Positions 1 to 31,800 of a DNA stretch of 64,000 nucleotides are shown piece by piece; the stretch's first letter is position 1; every line of letters begins with the position of its first letter. The stretch comes from Macrostomum lignano (Eukaryota), in assembly GCA_002269645.1 (NCBI GenBank), contig NIVC01000038.1, positions 682,001 to 746,000 on the forward strand, read 5' to 3'. A model generated the notes under the pieces. That model saw only the letters and a list, made by a program, of their open reading frames with translations. It was not told the origin of the DNA and ran no database searches. The position numbers were made by a program, and so were the translations under genes.

Positions 1-200
1 TAGGGCCGCGCTGTACACTCCTGTGAGTGTGCGCCTATGCGTATGACTGCGTACGATCCGCGCTTTTGTTTTCCTGCTTAAGGAAGTGGGCGAAATGGGC
101 CGGCAGTAATGCCTCTCGCCGGTTGAAGGACAATTTCGCTGAAAGTGCACCAGGGTGCAGACAGCACCCTGACTTCAACTATATTACTAACTGGTGGAGT
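1..200. mobile_element. Possible LTR-family fragment
   Basis: The motif gggccgcgctgtacactcctgtgagtg (3-29) resembles gggccgctgtgcactcctgtgtgagtg inside the LTR-like element at 37346-37795. No other support. Confidence 0.25.
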
Positions 201-629
201 CTTGTGGAGTCTAATGAAGTTTGATGAAGTCATGGGCGCCTAGGGGAGCCTGGGGGAGTTTGAGAGTCCAGATAAAATCCGAGAGAGTCTGAGAGAGTGC
301 CTGAGGGAATTAGAGAGAGTCTGTGGCTCAAACAACAGACCCAGTTGCTCCTAGCAGAGCCCGATAAGTACGAAGTCACTGCGCAGTAATCTGAGTTGGC
401 CCCGTGAGTCTGGGAATTGCACAGGTGCCCACTTGCTTGGAGAGTATTCTCTTTGAGGAGAAACGGATCTTGAAGAAGATGGCTGTTAATTACAGGAAAC
501 TAATTTGTTCGCTTTTAGCGGAAGCTGAGGGAAATCTCTTGATGTATTTTTCCTAGAGTTGTGACTCCCATTTTTCATGCATTAATTCAAGTATTTTTAT
601 TTTCGATGATATAGCAAGCCAGATCAAAG

Positions 630-644
630 CAGACAAAGACAGAA

Positions 645-680
<36 letters not shown>

Positions 681-736
681 TGACTGACTGACTGACTGAC
701 TGACTGACTGACAGACAGACAGACAGACAGACAGAC

Positions 737-773
<37 letters not shown>

Positions 774-774
774 C

Positions 775-829
<55 letters not shown>

Positions 830-830
830 C

Positions 831-912
<82 letters not shown>

Positions 913-980
913 TAATAGACTGACTGACTGACAGACAGACAGACAGACAGACAGTCAGACAGACAGACAGACAGACAGGC

Positions 981-1041
<61 letters not shown>

Positions 1042-1124
1042 GGCAGACAGACAGATAGACAGACAGACAGACAGACACTCTCACACAGACAGACAGACAG
1101 ACAGACAGACAGATAGACAGACAC

Positions 1125-1183
<59 letters not shown>

Positions 1184-1202
1184 GTCAGACAGACAGATAC
1201 TA

Positions 1203-1255
<53 letters not shown>

Positions 1256-1258
1256 GGC

Positions 1259-1299
<41 letters not shown>

Positions 1300-1300
1300 G
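630..1300. repeat. (AGAC)n/(GACT)n microsatellite in the intron upstream of the GPCR exon
   Basis: Direct reading; source of the VCLS-type artefact ORFs. Confidence 0.97.
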
Positions 1301-1412
1301 GGTGTGGGGTATGGGGAACAGGGTGTGGGGTATGGGGAACAGGGTGTGGGGTTGGGTGAGTAATCACGTTTGTTTCTAACGCCACGGATATCAAATTGGA
1401 TTTACAACTCAG

Positions 1413-4066
1413 GTGTACACAATCCCGGAGATGGAATGCGACCCCGAGTACAAGGAGAGCTTCCCGCTCAAGGTGGTCACTGGGATTTTTAACTTCTTTA
1501 TCCCATTATTCGTCATGTACTTTCTGTACGGCCGGATTTTTCTGGAGATCAGAAAGAGGTCTGATTTGGAGAAATTTCAAAGCATGCGTCGGAATGGGGG
1601 CCGCCACACTGGCGGCGGGTCGCGATGCTGCCGGGACGAGCTGGAATCCACGACCATCGCCAATGGAGGCGGCAGTGGGAGCCCTAGAAACGTGAGTTGA
1701 CAGCATAGTTTATGATTTTTACGAGCCTATGCGTTCATGAGTTTATAAGCCCATTATAATTTGAGTTTATAATTTCATGAGTTTATTGGTTCATGAGTTT
1801 ACGTGTTCATGAGTTTATGAGTTTATGAGCTTATGAGTTCATGAGTTTATGTGTTCATGAGTTTATAAGCCCATTATAATTTGAGTTTATGATTTCATGA
1901 GTTTATGAGTTTATGAGTTTATGTGTTTATGAGTTTATGATTTCATGAGTTTATGAGTTTATGTGTTTATGAGTTTATGATTTCATGAGTTTATGAGTTT
2001 ATGTGTTTATGATTTTATGTTTTTATGAGTTTATGAGTTCATGAGTTTATGTGTTTATGAGTTTATGAGTTTATGATTTCATGAGTTTATGAGCTTACGT
2101 GTTCATGAGTTTATGTGTTCATGATTTTATGTGTTCATGATTTTATGTGTTCATAATTTTATGTGTTCATGAGTTTATGTGTTCATGATTTTATGTGTTC
2201 ATGATTTTATGTGTTCATGATTTTATGTGTTCATGATTTTATGTGTTCATAATTTTATGTGTTCAGGAGTTTATGATTTCATGAGTTTATGAGTTTATTA
2301 TTTCACGAGTTTGCGATCTTATGAGTTTAGGATTTCATGAGTTCATGAGTTCATGAGTTTATGAGTTCATGAGTTTATGATTTCATGAGTTTATGAGTTT
2401 ATGTGTTTATGAGTTTATGTGTTTATGAGTTTATGATTTCATGAGTTTATGAGTTTATGAGTTTATGTGTTTATGAGTTTATGTTTTTATGAGTTTATGA
2501 GTTCATGAGTTTATGTGTTTATGAGTTTATGAGTTTATGATTTCATGAGTTTATGAGTTTATGTGTTTATGAGTTTATGTGTTTATGAGTTTATGATTTC
2601 ATGAGTTTATGAGTTTATGAGTTTATGTGTTTATGAGTTTATGTTTTTATGAGTTTATGAGTTCATGAGTTTATGTTTTTATTAGTTTATGAATTTATGA
2701 GTTTATGAGTTCATGAGTTTATGAATTTATGAGTTTTTGAGTTCATGAGTTTGAGTTCATTAGCTCATGAAGTTACTTAGCTTATGGGTTTTTAAGCTTA
2801 TGAGTTCATGAACTTACGAGTTTATGAGTCAGTGAGCGAATTAGCCTTTTAGATTCGTAGCTTTTAGTGTCGATTTTCCACTCAGGAAGAAACACAAAAT
2901 TGCCTAAGGTGCAGCGACTGCAGTGTCGCGCATCTGCAATAATTGCAAATGCACACACGTCATCGAAGTTCGATAGCACGGATTAGATTAAATGGATCTC
3001 AGGCTGCTCATGGATTACCTCGGGGGGCGGGAGTCAAGTATAATCCCCTATCTAGTGCTGATTAAGCAATGATGCTATGGTGCTCCTTCTATAATGATGG
3101 TAATTGTTCGAAAGTGCTGGTGTGCTGGTGCTCAGTAGTCTTTCCGTGATACGAGCTTAGCTATCCTGCCCACGCATTTCGTGATGAAAATTAGCCCTAG
3201 TCTAATTAGCAATGCGCTTCATCTGAAATCGCTTTCGTGATCATCATGATCAATACTCGAATAATTCCTTTAGATAAGATAGGAAATTCCTTTTCTTGAA
3301 TTTTTGATTAACTGTTGTCGACCCTTGCAACATTCCACAGTCTCCTGTGGTCACCCAGGACCTGCCGGCTGCGGCTCTGGAATGCAGCGACTCCACCGCT
3401 GCGGCTGCATCCTCAACAGTCCTTGAGCCGCTGCTCCCAGCCTCATCAGCTGCTCGAAGCGAAGCTGGCGAGCCATCAGCCGCTGGCCAGCTAGCCGATG
3501 GTCACGCCCAGTACATCTATGACGAGATGATTGTTGACCGCACAACCGAGCGAGTTCAACTGCTGCTGCTGAGGGAGCCGTGCAACCGGATCAGGGGCTC
3601 CGAGTCCTGCTCCAGGTGTATGGACTCCATCGATCAGGCCGGAGCTTCAATTGGAGTCGCCGCCACGGTGCCGGTGGAAGCCGCGCCAGCCTCGGGGACC
3701 CAGCAACGGCGAATTCAGTTCACCCTTGAAGCAGCCGTCAGTGAGCCGTCAAAGCAGACGAAGCCAAATGAAAACCGGAGCAGCAAGTCCAGGTTTAAGC
3801 TGAGCAACTCGTTGAAGAAGGAGATTAAAGCGGCCAAGCAGCTGGGCGTCATCATGGGAGCTTTCACAGCCTGCTTCATGCCCTACTTTGTCATCTTCGT
3901 GGTGGTGGCGTTCTGTCCTGACTGCGTCAGCAGCGAGCTGATGTTGGCCCTCACCTGGGTTGGCTACGCTAACTCTGCCCTTAACCCCATCCTGTACCCG
4001 CTATGTAACCACGCGTTCCGGAGGAAGTTCCGTCACATGCTGAGCTGCCTGCTGAGATCTGACTGA
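1413..4066 (+). CDS. HRH1-like: Class A aminergic GPCR, histamine H1-like; 3' half (ECL2-TM5-ICL3-TM6-TM7). The 5' exons lie outside the window or were not found.
   Basis: Exons 1413-1691 (ag|GTG...AAC|gt, phase 0) and 3341-4066 (cag|TCT...TGA). TM5 KVVTGIFNFFIP, TM6 KAAKQLGVIMGAFTACFMPYF and TM7 WVGYANSALNPILYPLCN match H1 receptor motifs (KVMTAIINFYLP; KAAKQLGFIMAAFILCWIPYF; WLGYINSTLNPLIYPLCN). Confidence 0.88.
1712..2830. repeat. ~8-bp ATGAGTTT-type degenerate tandem repeat in the GPCR intron
   Basis: Direct reading. Confidence 0.95.
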
Positions 4067-4277
4067 CTGACTGACTGATTGACTGACTGACTGACTGACT
4101 GACTGACTGACTGACTGACTGACTGACTGACTGACTGACTGACTGACTGACTGACTGACTGACTGACTGACTGACTTGAGTGAGTGGGTGACTGACTGAC
4201 TGACTGACTGACTGACTGACTGACTGACTGACTGACTGACTGACTGACTTGAGTGAGTGGGTGACTGACTGACTGAC
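4059..4277. repeat. (GACT)n microsatellite overlapping the GPCR stop codon
   Basis: ...AGA TCT GAC TGA ctgactgact... Confidence 0.95.
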
Positions 4278-4893
4278 AAATGTAGCCAGCTATGAATATT
4301 TGAAGGAGTACAACTATGGCTTAAAATGAATAAACTATGATATATAGAACGTTGTACTTGCATGCATAAGCAATGAAATGTGATACTTCACAGCACTAAG
4401 TAATTGTACTGTTGTTGATCTGTTGTTCCTGCTCCAGACACACTACTGAGAGACGTAATTAATGTAAAATGCAACTATTTTAATCGCAACCAGAAATTAA
4501 CTCAAAACATTCATAGCACTCGTTATCTTACACAGTTTAGAAATTTCAATAATATTACACGCACAGATTTATAATTTTATCATTTTGTCAAGTAGGCTTC
4601 TAGTAGATTTTGATAGAATTCATGTGAACTCTGAAAAAACTGTTTAAATTGATTGCTGCTCTTGCACTTTTTTTCCCATGAAGTCGCAGTCAGTTTTAAC
4701 AGGCACCATCAGGAACAGCTGTTGCTGCAGATGCTGTGCAGAGAACCATTTGCATTATTTCGATTGTTTCTGCTCACGTCATCGCTATTTATCAATCAAT
4801 TGTCAGGCCGCTCTATGAATTAAACGTCAAATATAATGGGGGAGTTTAATGCGATAATGAGCGGTGACTTCTGCTTTAACAGAATGGACTGGA

Positions 4894-5695
<802 letters not shown>

Positions 5696-6013
5696 TGACA
5701 GATGTGAAACCAGCCTCACAGTGCAGCAGTGCACTGTCACACACGCATGCAAGCAGACGGTACACTCAAAGGGCAGAGTGGCAATGTCTTCACAAAGGCC
5801 ACAGTGCCTCCAGCGCTGCAATAATTGTTCTACAGGTAGATTTCGAGTGTTAGAGAGCAGAGCAATGGCTCTCTAATAGAGTGCGCCTTGGCGGTGTTTT
5901 CCGCAGATCTTGATGCAGCAAAAAAACAGCAATTCTGCAAAGCAGCCCCTGAGTAGACTGCTCAGCCTGGGTTCCTCCACCGTTGTCGAGATTTTTCTCA
6001 GCACAAGCGTCTG

Positions 6014-6051
<38 letters not shown>

Positions 6052-6525
6052 CTAGTCTAACCTAACTATTCATTTATTTAATGCCGTCAGTTGCGAGCAA
6101 GTAGCTCGAGGCCCTTATCTCTCCCTCACTCCCTCACTCACTCTATTCTCCACTCGAGCTCCGTTTATTTTTTGTCAGAATTGAAAAATATGCTTTCGCG
6201 TCGCCTAGAAAAATGGTTGCCACTTATTTTCTGTTTGTGCTTTTTTTCGGATGGAGATTTCTGGCCTGCCTTCACCCCTCGCCTCACCCCACCCTGTCTC
6301 CCCTGTGTTTTAGTGTGAATTCTGATTGGCTGATTAATCTGATGCAGAGTGTAACCCTCTGTCAGACCGTCTGCCTGACTATGCAACTCACACAGCATAT
6401 TTAGTACTCAGGCAGTCACTAATATATTTCTCTCTCAGGAGAAGAGATCTCCATTAAAGCTTTTCAAATTATCCTACTTTTCTTAATCGTCCGTCCAGGC
6501 CAGCTTCCTTGATAGGACCTCTCGC

Positions 6526-6539
6526 ATCGCCATAGCAAC
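6526..6539 (+). promoter_or_regulatory. RFX X-box-like motif with an adjacent ETS-like core (acttccg)
   Basis: ATCGCCATAGCAAC fits the X-box consensus RYYNYYATRRNRAC and lies ~250 bp upstream of the ATG at 6788. Confidence 0.5.
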
Positions 6540-6787
6540 CACTTCCGTTTCTATAGCGCAGCTTGCATTGCTCAAAAAGTAAAGAGAGCCGAGAGAGAGC
6601 AGAGGAGGAGAGAAGCAAAGAACGCAAAGAGAGCAAGCAGCACTCAGTGCGCGCGTGCCTTCCTGCGTGTTTGTCCACCGCTGCTGGGCTTCCGTCTGCC
6701 CTTTTTTTACTGAGCTCAGGCAAGTCCTCTGGGGGCTCAGGCCTGCTTATCCCAACTGCTGTATAAACTCTGCACTCACCGGAGTTC

Positions 6788-25754
<18,967 letters not shown>

Positions 25755-25994
25755 ATGCACTTTGGATTTTCCCTTCCAGTTGAACAGACTTGGAGCTTCT
25801 TGTATTGTTTTTGCTCATATTTCTATGCCTTACAAACATGTTTTGTTTAACCAAATCAAATGATTTAAACAAATATTTTGTGACATTTTCTCAGAAAAGT
25901 GTTTAGCTTAACAACGGCTGTAAATAGATTATAAAATAAAGAAAAAATTAATGCAACATGTTTACTCAAAAGACACCCCTTGACTCCTAAATAA

Positions 25995-26480
25995 TTCAGA
26001 CACCCAATACCTCCTTCAGATACCCAATACCTCCTTCAGACACCCAGTACCTCCTTCAGACACCCAATACCTCCCCTAGACACCCAATACCTCCTTCAGA
26101 TACCCAATACCTCCTTCAGACACCCAATACCTCCTTCAGATACCCAATACCTCCCCTAGACACCCAATACCTCCCCTAGACACCCAATACCTCCCCTAGA
26201 CACCCAATACCTCCCCTAGAAACCCAATACCTCCCCTAGACACCCAATACCTCCTCAGACACCCAATACCTCTTTCAGACACCCAATACCTCTTTCAGAC
26301 ACCCAATACCTCCTTCAGACACCTAATGCCTCCTTCAGACACCCACCCAATACCTCCTTCAGACACCCAATACCTCCTTCAGTCACCAAATATCTCCCCT
26401 AGACACCCAATACCTCCTCGAGACACCCAATACCTCCTATAGAAATCCAATACCTCCCCTAGACATCCACGTCCCTCAGA
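25995..26480. repeat. 20-bp minisatellite (gacacccaatacctccttca)
   Basis: Direct reading. Confidence 0.93.
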
Positions 26481-27627
26481 TACACGAAGAACAATAAAAA
26501 AATCTTAAACTTAACTTTAAAGATTGATATATAATCGAGAATCAATGAATCAAAGTGCATATTGATATATTTATTTACTGTATAAACCAATGCTTTCATG
26601 TATTTCTACAACTTTCACAATCACTACTAATATTAGCATGTATGTACAATACTGGCAAATTGTTCTTAGTGTCTGTCTGTCTGTCTGTCTGTATAATTTA
26701 AAAAAAATAGCGCCTAAAAGGTACATTATAATCGCTCATTAACTGTTTAAGTGTATCAAATTAAAATTAGCTATTGGATTAATTACATTTTATATAATTA
26801 ATAAAATTGAGCCAAAGGATAATGAAGTAAACAGGCACATACATATCTTCCGTTAATTGATATTTGAAAATCTGCCTTTTTTGTTTTAGTTGTTTCGTTT
26901 TTCCGAATCAGACGTGTTTTTGGCTTGAAGCAATTTTACAATCGCTGCATTTGAAAAGGACGGTCTCGAAGGGTCGCGAGACTCAGAAGCGTTCTCTAAT
27001 GAGCTGCTCTGTCACCCAAGGTTATGAAATGAAAAAGTCTAGTTAAATACCTCTAAGGATCCTCTTTGATCCTCTTTGATCCTCCGCGACTGCTTTTAAG
27101 TACATTTTAAGCAAGTTTCGAGTTTACATATGATAAATTAAGTTTAAATTCAGCTTATGAAACGCCCCTTAACCATTTTAGGGCCAGAGTCTGAACAGCT
27201 CAATACTATATGAGTACTTGCTGACTAAAGTAATTACTTTTTCATTATTAATTTTTTTAAATTTAGCATTTTCAGCACCAAATCATAAAATTAAGCTTTT
27301 GTTATAATGCACTGTCTCGAAATAGCTCTCTGGTATGGCCTCTGGTACTACGTGTGGGAATACATGTAAGAGTGAAGTCGCAAAGTTGACGGTAGAATAT
27401 TATTGCAAATGAGATTAGTAATCGTTTTATATGCAAAGCATTTTAGTTTAACAAACATCAAGCTATCATCGATAAGCGGAGATAAAAGACAGCAAAATTT
27501 TAAGTTACTTTTGCAAGAAGTTTGAGACTACTTTGAGCGAGAATTTCTATTCTGTTTTCGTGCACAATGATAGAAGGCTATGTAGCTACATTTGCGACTT
27601 CGACTTCGACTTCGATTTTTGCATGCA

Positions 27628-27880
27628 TCCAGGCGCGTCGCCACCAGGGGGGGAACGGGGGGGACATGTCCCCCCCCCAGTAAAAGATCTGGGGGGACAT
27701 GCCAATGCTTTGTCCCCCCATTCCAACTTGTGACCCGTTGTGGTAATTAATATATTTTTCTTCAGGGCGCAAAAACATAGCGCCTTCGGCGCCAAAATGA
27801 GAGTCTGCGGTGCCAAAAGGAGTGCCTGCGGCGCCAAAAGGAGTGCCTGCGGCGCAAAAGAGTGCCTGCAGCGCCAAATC
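27628..27880. mobile_element. Probable non-autonomous DNA-element end (G/C-run head caggcgcgtcgccaccaggggggg...ccccccc) followed by 21-bp ggcgccaaaaggagtgcctgc repeats
   Basis: GC-run hairpin-like head; truncates the LINE fragment. A similar-style head occurs at ~63416. Confidence 0.35.
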
Positions 27881-27884
27881 ACCG

Positions 27885-28405
27885 CGCTCACCAGCGCAGC
27901 AGATACCCCATTTTGAGATAGAAGCCACGCGATCGCAGGCCTGGACACCGAGTCAAACGCCTTGCGAAAGTCGACGAAGATGATTGACACGGAGCGCTGG
28001 CGGGTCTTACAGGCCTCCGAGCACTGAGGACCATGCGAGCTGATGCCGCCGCTGGGATGGACGCCATCCCTCCCAGGGTCCTGAAGCTGCCCGAGCTCAC
28101 CCCGATCATCACCAGCCTGTTGTACATGTACCAGCACTGCAGCCTTGGAGGCAACGAGACTGCCTCAGCTCCTCAGCAATGACGCACCTCCAAGACTGTC
28201 TCCATCTCTGAGAAAGCTACCCCACCAGCCTGGACAACCAGCGGGGCATCGCGCTGGAATGCACAACGCCGAAGCTGCTGAACGCGATTCTGCGCAACCG
28301 CCTCCTACCCGGCCTCAACCCGCTGCTGCTGAGCCTCCAAAGTGGCTTCCGCCCGGGCAGGTCCACTACCGAGCAAGTTGCCACCATCCGCTGTGTCATC
28401 GATCA
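27885..28405. mobile_element. Non-LTR retrotransposon (LINE) reverse-transcriptase (RT) fragment, internally inverted and frameshifted
   Basis: Plus strand ~28025-28402: AAGMDAIPPRVLK...NQRGIALECTTPKLLNAILRNRL...QSGFRPGRSTTEQVATIRCVI. Minus strand ~28020-27890: EACKTRQRSVSIIFVDFRKAFDSVSR. These are RT subdomains 0-3. Confidence 0.85.
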
Positions 28406-28439
28406 GCAGACTGGACGTCGCATTCTCGGTGCGTCCATT

Positions 28440-28585
28440 CACGAACACCCCTGCGGCTAAGTCAGGTAAGTCAATGATCCGCAATTGTCCAGCTCGATGA
28501 AGCGCTGAGCCCTGCGAGTTCTCTTCAGGTGCAGCACCCAGGTGTAGGACGCCGTGAAGTCCAGACCTGTGGGGGCGTCCTCAAA
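28440..28585 (-). pseudogene. Inverted fragment of a paralogue of the 28847-29845 gene
   Basis: Reverse complement of 28516-28579 matches 29366-29429 at 61/64 nt. It reads EDAPTGLDFTASYTWVLHLKRTRRAQRFIELDNC, then a stop. Confidence 0.75.
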
Positions 28586-28846
28586 CCTCAAATTTGCTTG
28601 CTTTTCTATGAACTAAAATGACCGTTGCCTCAAAGTCAGAACTCCGGGAACTCTCCACAGCAATTGTAGCGTCAAGGTAAACATGCCGTCAAAATTAACA
28701 AGCTGCTAAAAGCCAATGAGAAACTTAAGCCCATCAGGGCGCCTTCAGCCAAAAGCTCAAAACTGCGGTACGATCTGATGCCGAGGTTCTCAATACAGGC
28801 AGACTTCTCTTCTACTGACTCACAGAAGCTTGCAATACGTCACAAA

Positions 28847-29845
28847 ATGTCCAGCCTCCTACATCTCGCTGTTCTGTGCGCCTTTGACTGTGTGAACGGA
28901 GACAGAACTGCACAGCACAGAGTAGTCAACAACGACTGCCTGAACTTGTCGCTATCGGTGTGGCAAATGCCGCGACCCTCCGCCTCCCTGCTCAACTGTT
29001 TCATGTCGAGTCGGTCGTTCCGTCTCGGCAGCGTCGGCGTGGTGCAGCGGAACAAGCGAAACGCCTCGTGCGCGCTGTTCCGCTTCGGTGAGGTGTGCCG
29101 CCTGCTCAACTTGACCTCGATCAACTCGTCTACAACGACTGAGAGAGTGGCCGCTGAAAGCACCTGCGACACCGTGGTGGACTCGGAGTACGACGCGATC
29201 GCTGCGAACGAGCACTTCAGTGCTGTGTGGGTCGGAGACAGGGGACTGGCGCTGGAGAACCTGGTGTGCGGCTCCGAGGGACAGAGGAACCCCAGGAAGT
29301 CGCTCAATGTGACCTGGACGAGTGAGGGCGCTCGCATGGACGGAGTCTCGTCTCGGCTGTGGGTGGACGACCCCACAGGTCTGGACTTCACGGAGACCTA
29401 CACCTGGGTGCTGCACCTGAAGAGAACTCCAGGTGAAGTTGTCTTTCTGGAGCTGAGCAGCTGCATCGGATCCGGCAACATGCTCGACCACCTGCAGGAG
29501 TACTCATCGATGGTAGGAGTGAGTCACGCCCTCTACCTAAACCCGGGTTTCTTCGCCAGATTCCAGACCGGCTCGGTGCTGCCTGCGGACCCGAACGAGT
29601 TCTTCATCGCTGGCGTCTCATTCAGAAGGCAGCAGAACCTGACTCGCTTCTTCTATGGAGCAAAGTTTCTACCGACTGCCGGCGTCTTTGATCAGACGAA
29701 AAGCTTCAACCAAGCCGGAGCCTGCATCCATGTGGGCTTTCGGTACAACAACAAGTACATGCTTCAAGGTGTGGTCAGAGCCGTGGCCGTTTCTAATACG
29801 AATCTGCCAGAGGAAGCCATTAATAAAGTTTTCTTCGGAGTTTGA
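28847..29845 (+). CDS. Intronless, probably secreted protein (332 aa): signal peptide, Cys-containing N-terminal module (PAN/apple-like?), C-terminal ConA/laminin-G/pentraxin-like beta-sandwich
   Basis: ATG in aaaATG context; hydrophobic MSSLLHLAVLCAFDCVNG; many N-x-S/T sites; YTWVLHLK...FIAGVSF...HVGFRY...GVVRAVAV pattern. Domain calls are by eye. Confidence 0.65.
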   Translation: MSSLLHLAVLCAFDCVNGDRTAQHRVVNNDCLNLSLSVWQMPRPSASLLNCFMSSRSFRLGSVGVVQRNKRNASCALFRFGEVCRLLNLTSINSSTTTERVAAESTCDTVVDSEYDAIAANEHFSAVWVGDRGLALENLVCGSEGQRNPRKSLNVTWTSEGARMDGVSSRLWVDDPTGLDFTETYTWVLHLKRTPGEVVFLELSSCIGSGNMLDHLQEYSSMVGVSHALYLNPGFFARFQTGSVLPADPNEFFIAGVSFRRQQNLTRFFYGAKFLPTAGVFDQTKSFNQAGACIHVGFRYNNKYMLQGVVRAVAVSNTNLPEEAINKVFFGV

Positions 29846-30689
29846 AACTCAGTACAGCTTCAAAAGTTAGCACAGAAAAGTTTGCCAACAACATTACTTG
29901 GAAAAACTGTCAATTTAAACGACCAACTATTCAAACATTGTTATTCTGATGTTATTCGAATGAATATGTTACAACTCTTCGATTTTTTCAGTACTTGACG
30001 CCTGTTTCTGCTAGATTGAACTTTCGTAGGTAAATCCCGTAGTGACGCTTCATTATTAATCTCTTTGAACGATTAAAAATCAAACAAGCTACTGACAGCA
30101 ACCGGGAAGGTGTGCACCTTTGACGTTAATTAATCGGAACCTGCAGCCAGCATATCCGTTGTGATTCCTAAATTATGTACATAAAAATTTGTTGAAACCA
30201 CATAATCTTTTGTTGTATTGTCTTATCACTTGTTAAAACCATTTTCTAGTGCTTGGACTATGACTATATTAATGTTGTTGTCTGCAATGAGAATTTTCTG
30301 GATGCAGCACCAAATTTTGTGTGCTCATATACCCGCATAGTTTCTTTCTAAATGAATAACTACAGCTAAGTTGACAAAATTTGTGCCCACCTTCAAATAT
30401 ACTTATAACGCACAACTTTATCTTAACCATCCATCCCTGGTGTGCGTTAATGAAATCCTTATGAAATCCTCAAGGACTACTTGAGTAGAAGGACGGTAAA
30501 CAAGTTTTTTGGAAATGTTTAAGAGGCAAGAGTTTTACCGAAAAAATACACATTACGGAGAATGAACGGTTTCATTTTTTTCAGCACAAAAATCTATTGA
30601 TATTTATAAAGCCTTTCGTTTAGAAAATTAGAATTCTAAGGTATTTTTTTGAACGAATGTCAGTGTCGGAGTCGCATTCAGCGCTAAGC

Positions 30690-31800
30690 AGACAGCAGAT
30701 CTTTTATGAAGCTGAAAATTCTGCCATTCATCCAAAGCTTGGGCAGCTTTTTGAGATGCTTTTCAAACCCTGGCCTACCAGTCGAATCGGCTGTTTTGCT
30801 TGACTGGCAACTGACAAAGTTCTGATTTCCTGAAGCAATCCGTGCTCAACAGACTGAAACCAGCGCAGTAGTCTTAAGTCGCATTGTCGTTTCAGTTCAT
30901 TGTTGAGTGAGACAGAGAATGTCTGTAGCGCAGGTGTTCTCTTAACGATTTTGTCCATGAGACTGTAGTCCAATCTTGCATTTGTTTTTCTATGCCTTGT
31001 TTGGGGCGGCCTCCCCGGCAACCATGCAGTTCTGGCTGGTTATATAGGGGTGGGTGCTCCGGCCCTTTGTTTGAGCCCTCGCCCTCCCCCTACCCCCGCA
31101 GCCTGAGCCACTGAAAAAATCGATGACGATTCTATAACAAATTATCGCCATCGAATCGTTATAGAATGGCTCAAAGGATCTGTACAAATTCAATGATAGA
31201 TAATTGGCAGAAATTTCGATACGATATTATGTTGCTATATTACGAGTATATTAGCTATGGGAACTTAGAATATTGAAAGAACCTTTCAAAGAATATTACG
31301 TGCAGAGTTTTTAAGCAAAGAGAATGATTAAACGAGACATACATGTGTAGTACTGTAGGCCCTTGTACATTCATGTGAAAGTAGCTTATTTTTCATCATT
31401 TTGATTATACATAATTGCATTTGACCACAGCAGACATAGAAACTTTGAAACTGGAAGCATATGCCAGGGAACCCATCATATCCATATCGCTCACAGTCCG
31501 ATTGTTCGCCAGCCCTTCTGCTTCCTCCAAGAGGTCTTGCACCGCATCCAGCAGACTGGAGACCAGCTTAATCTCAGCTCTCGGGTGAGGACTCGGCCTT
31601 GCAGGAATCTTCAGTCCAATTCTTAATTCTGCACATTGGATTCACAAGCTGGCTGAAAGTCAAAGCTTCAGTGGGTCGCTGAAAATGCTTGCTTTTAGCG
31701 GCAGTCCGTTGGCTCCAAACGTAACGGAAAGGTCTTCGGCCAGGCAGATGTTGCAGGAAACACGGCACACTGGCTGTCTCTAGCATATACAACCTGGATA
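30690..31800 (-). pseudogene. Possible decayed or frameshifted coding segments of unknown identity
   Basis: Coding-like stretches LDYSLMDKIVKRTPALQTF...(frameshift)...ALDEWQNFQL (30980-30690) and ELRIGLKIPARP...LLDAVQDLLEE (31630-31480). No family recognised. Confidence 0.25.
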
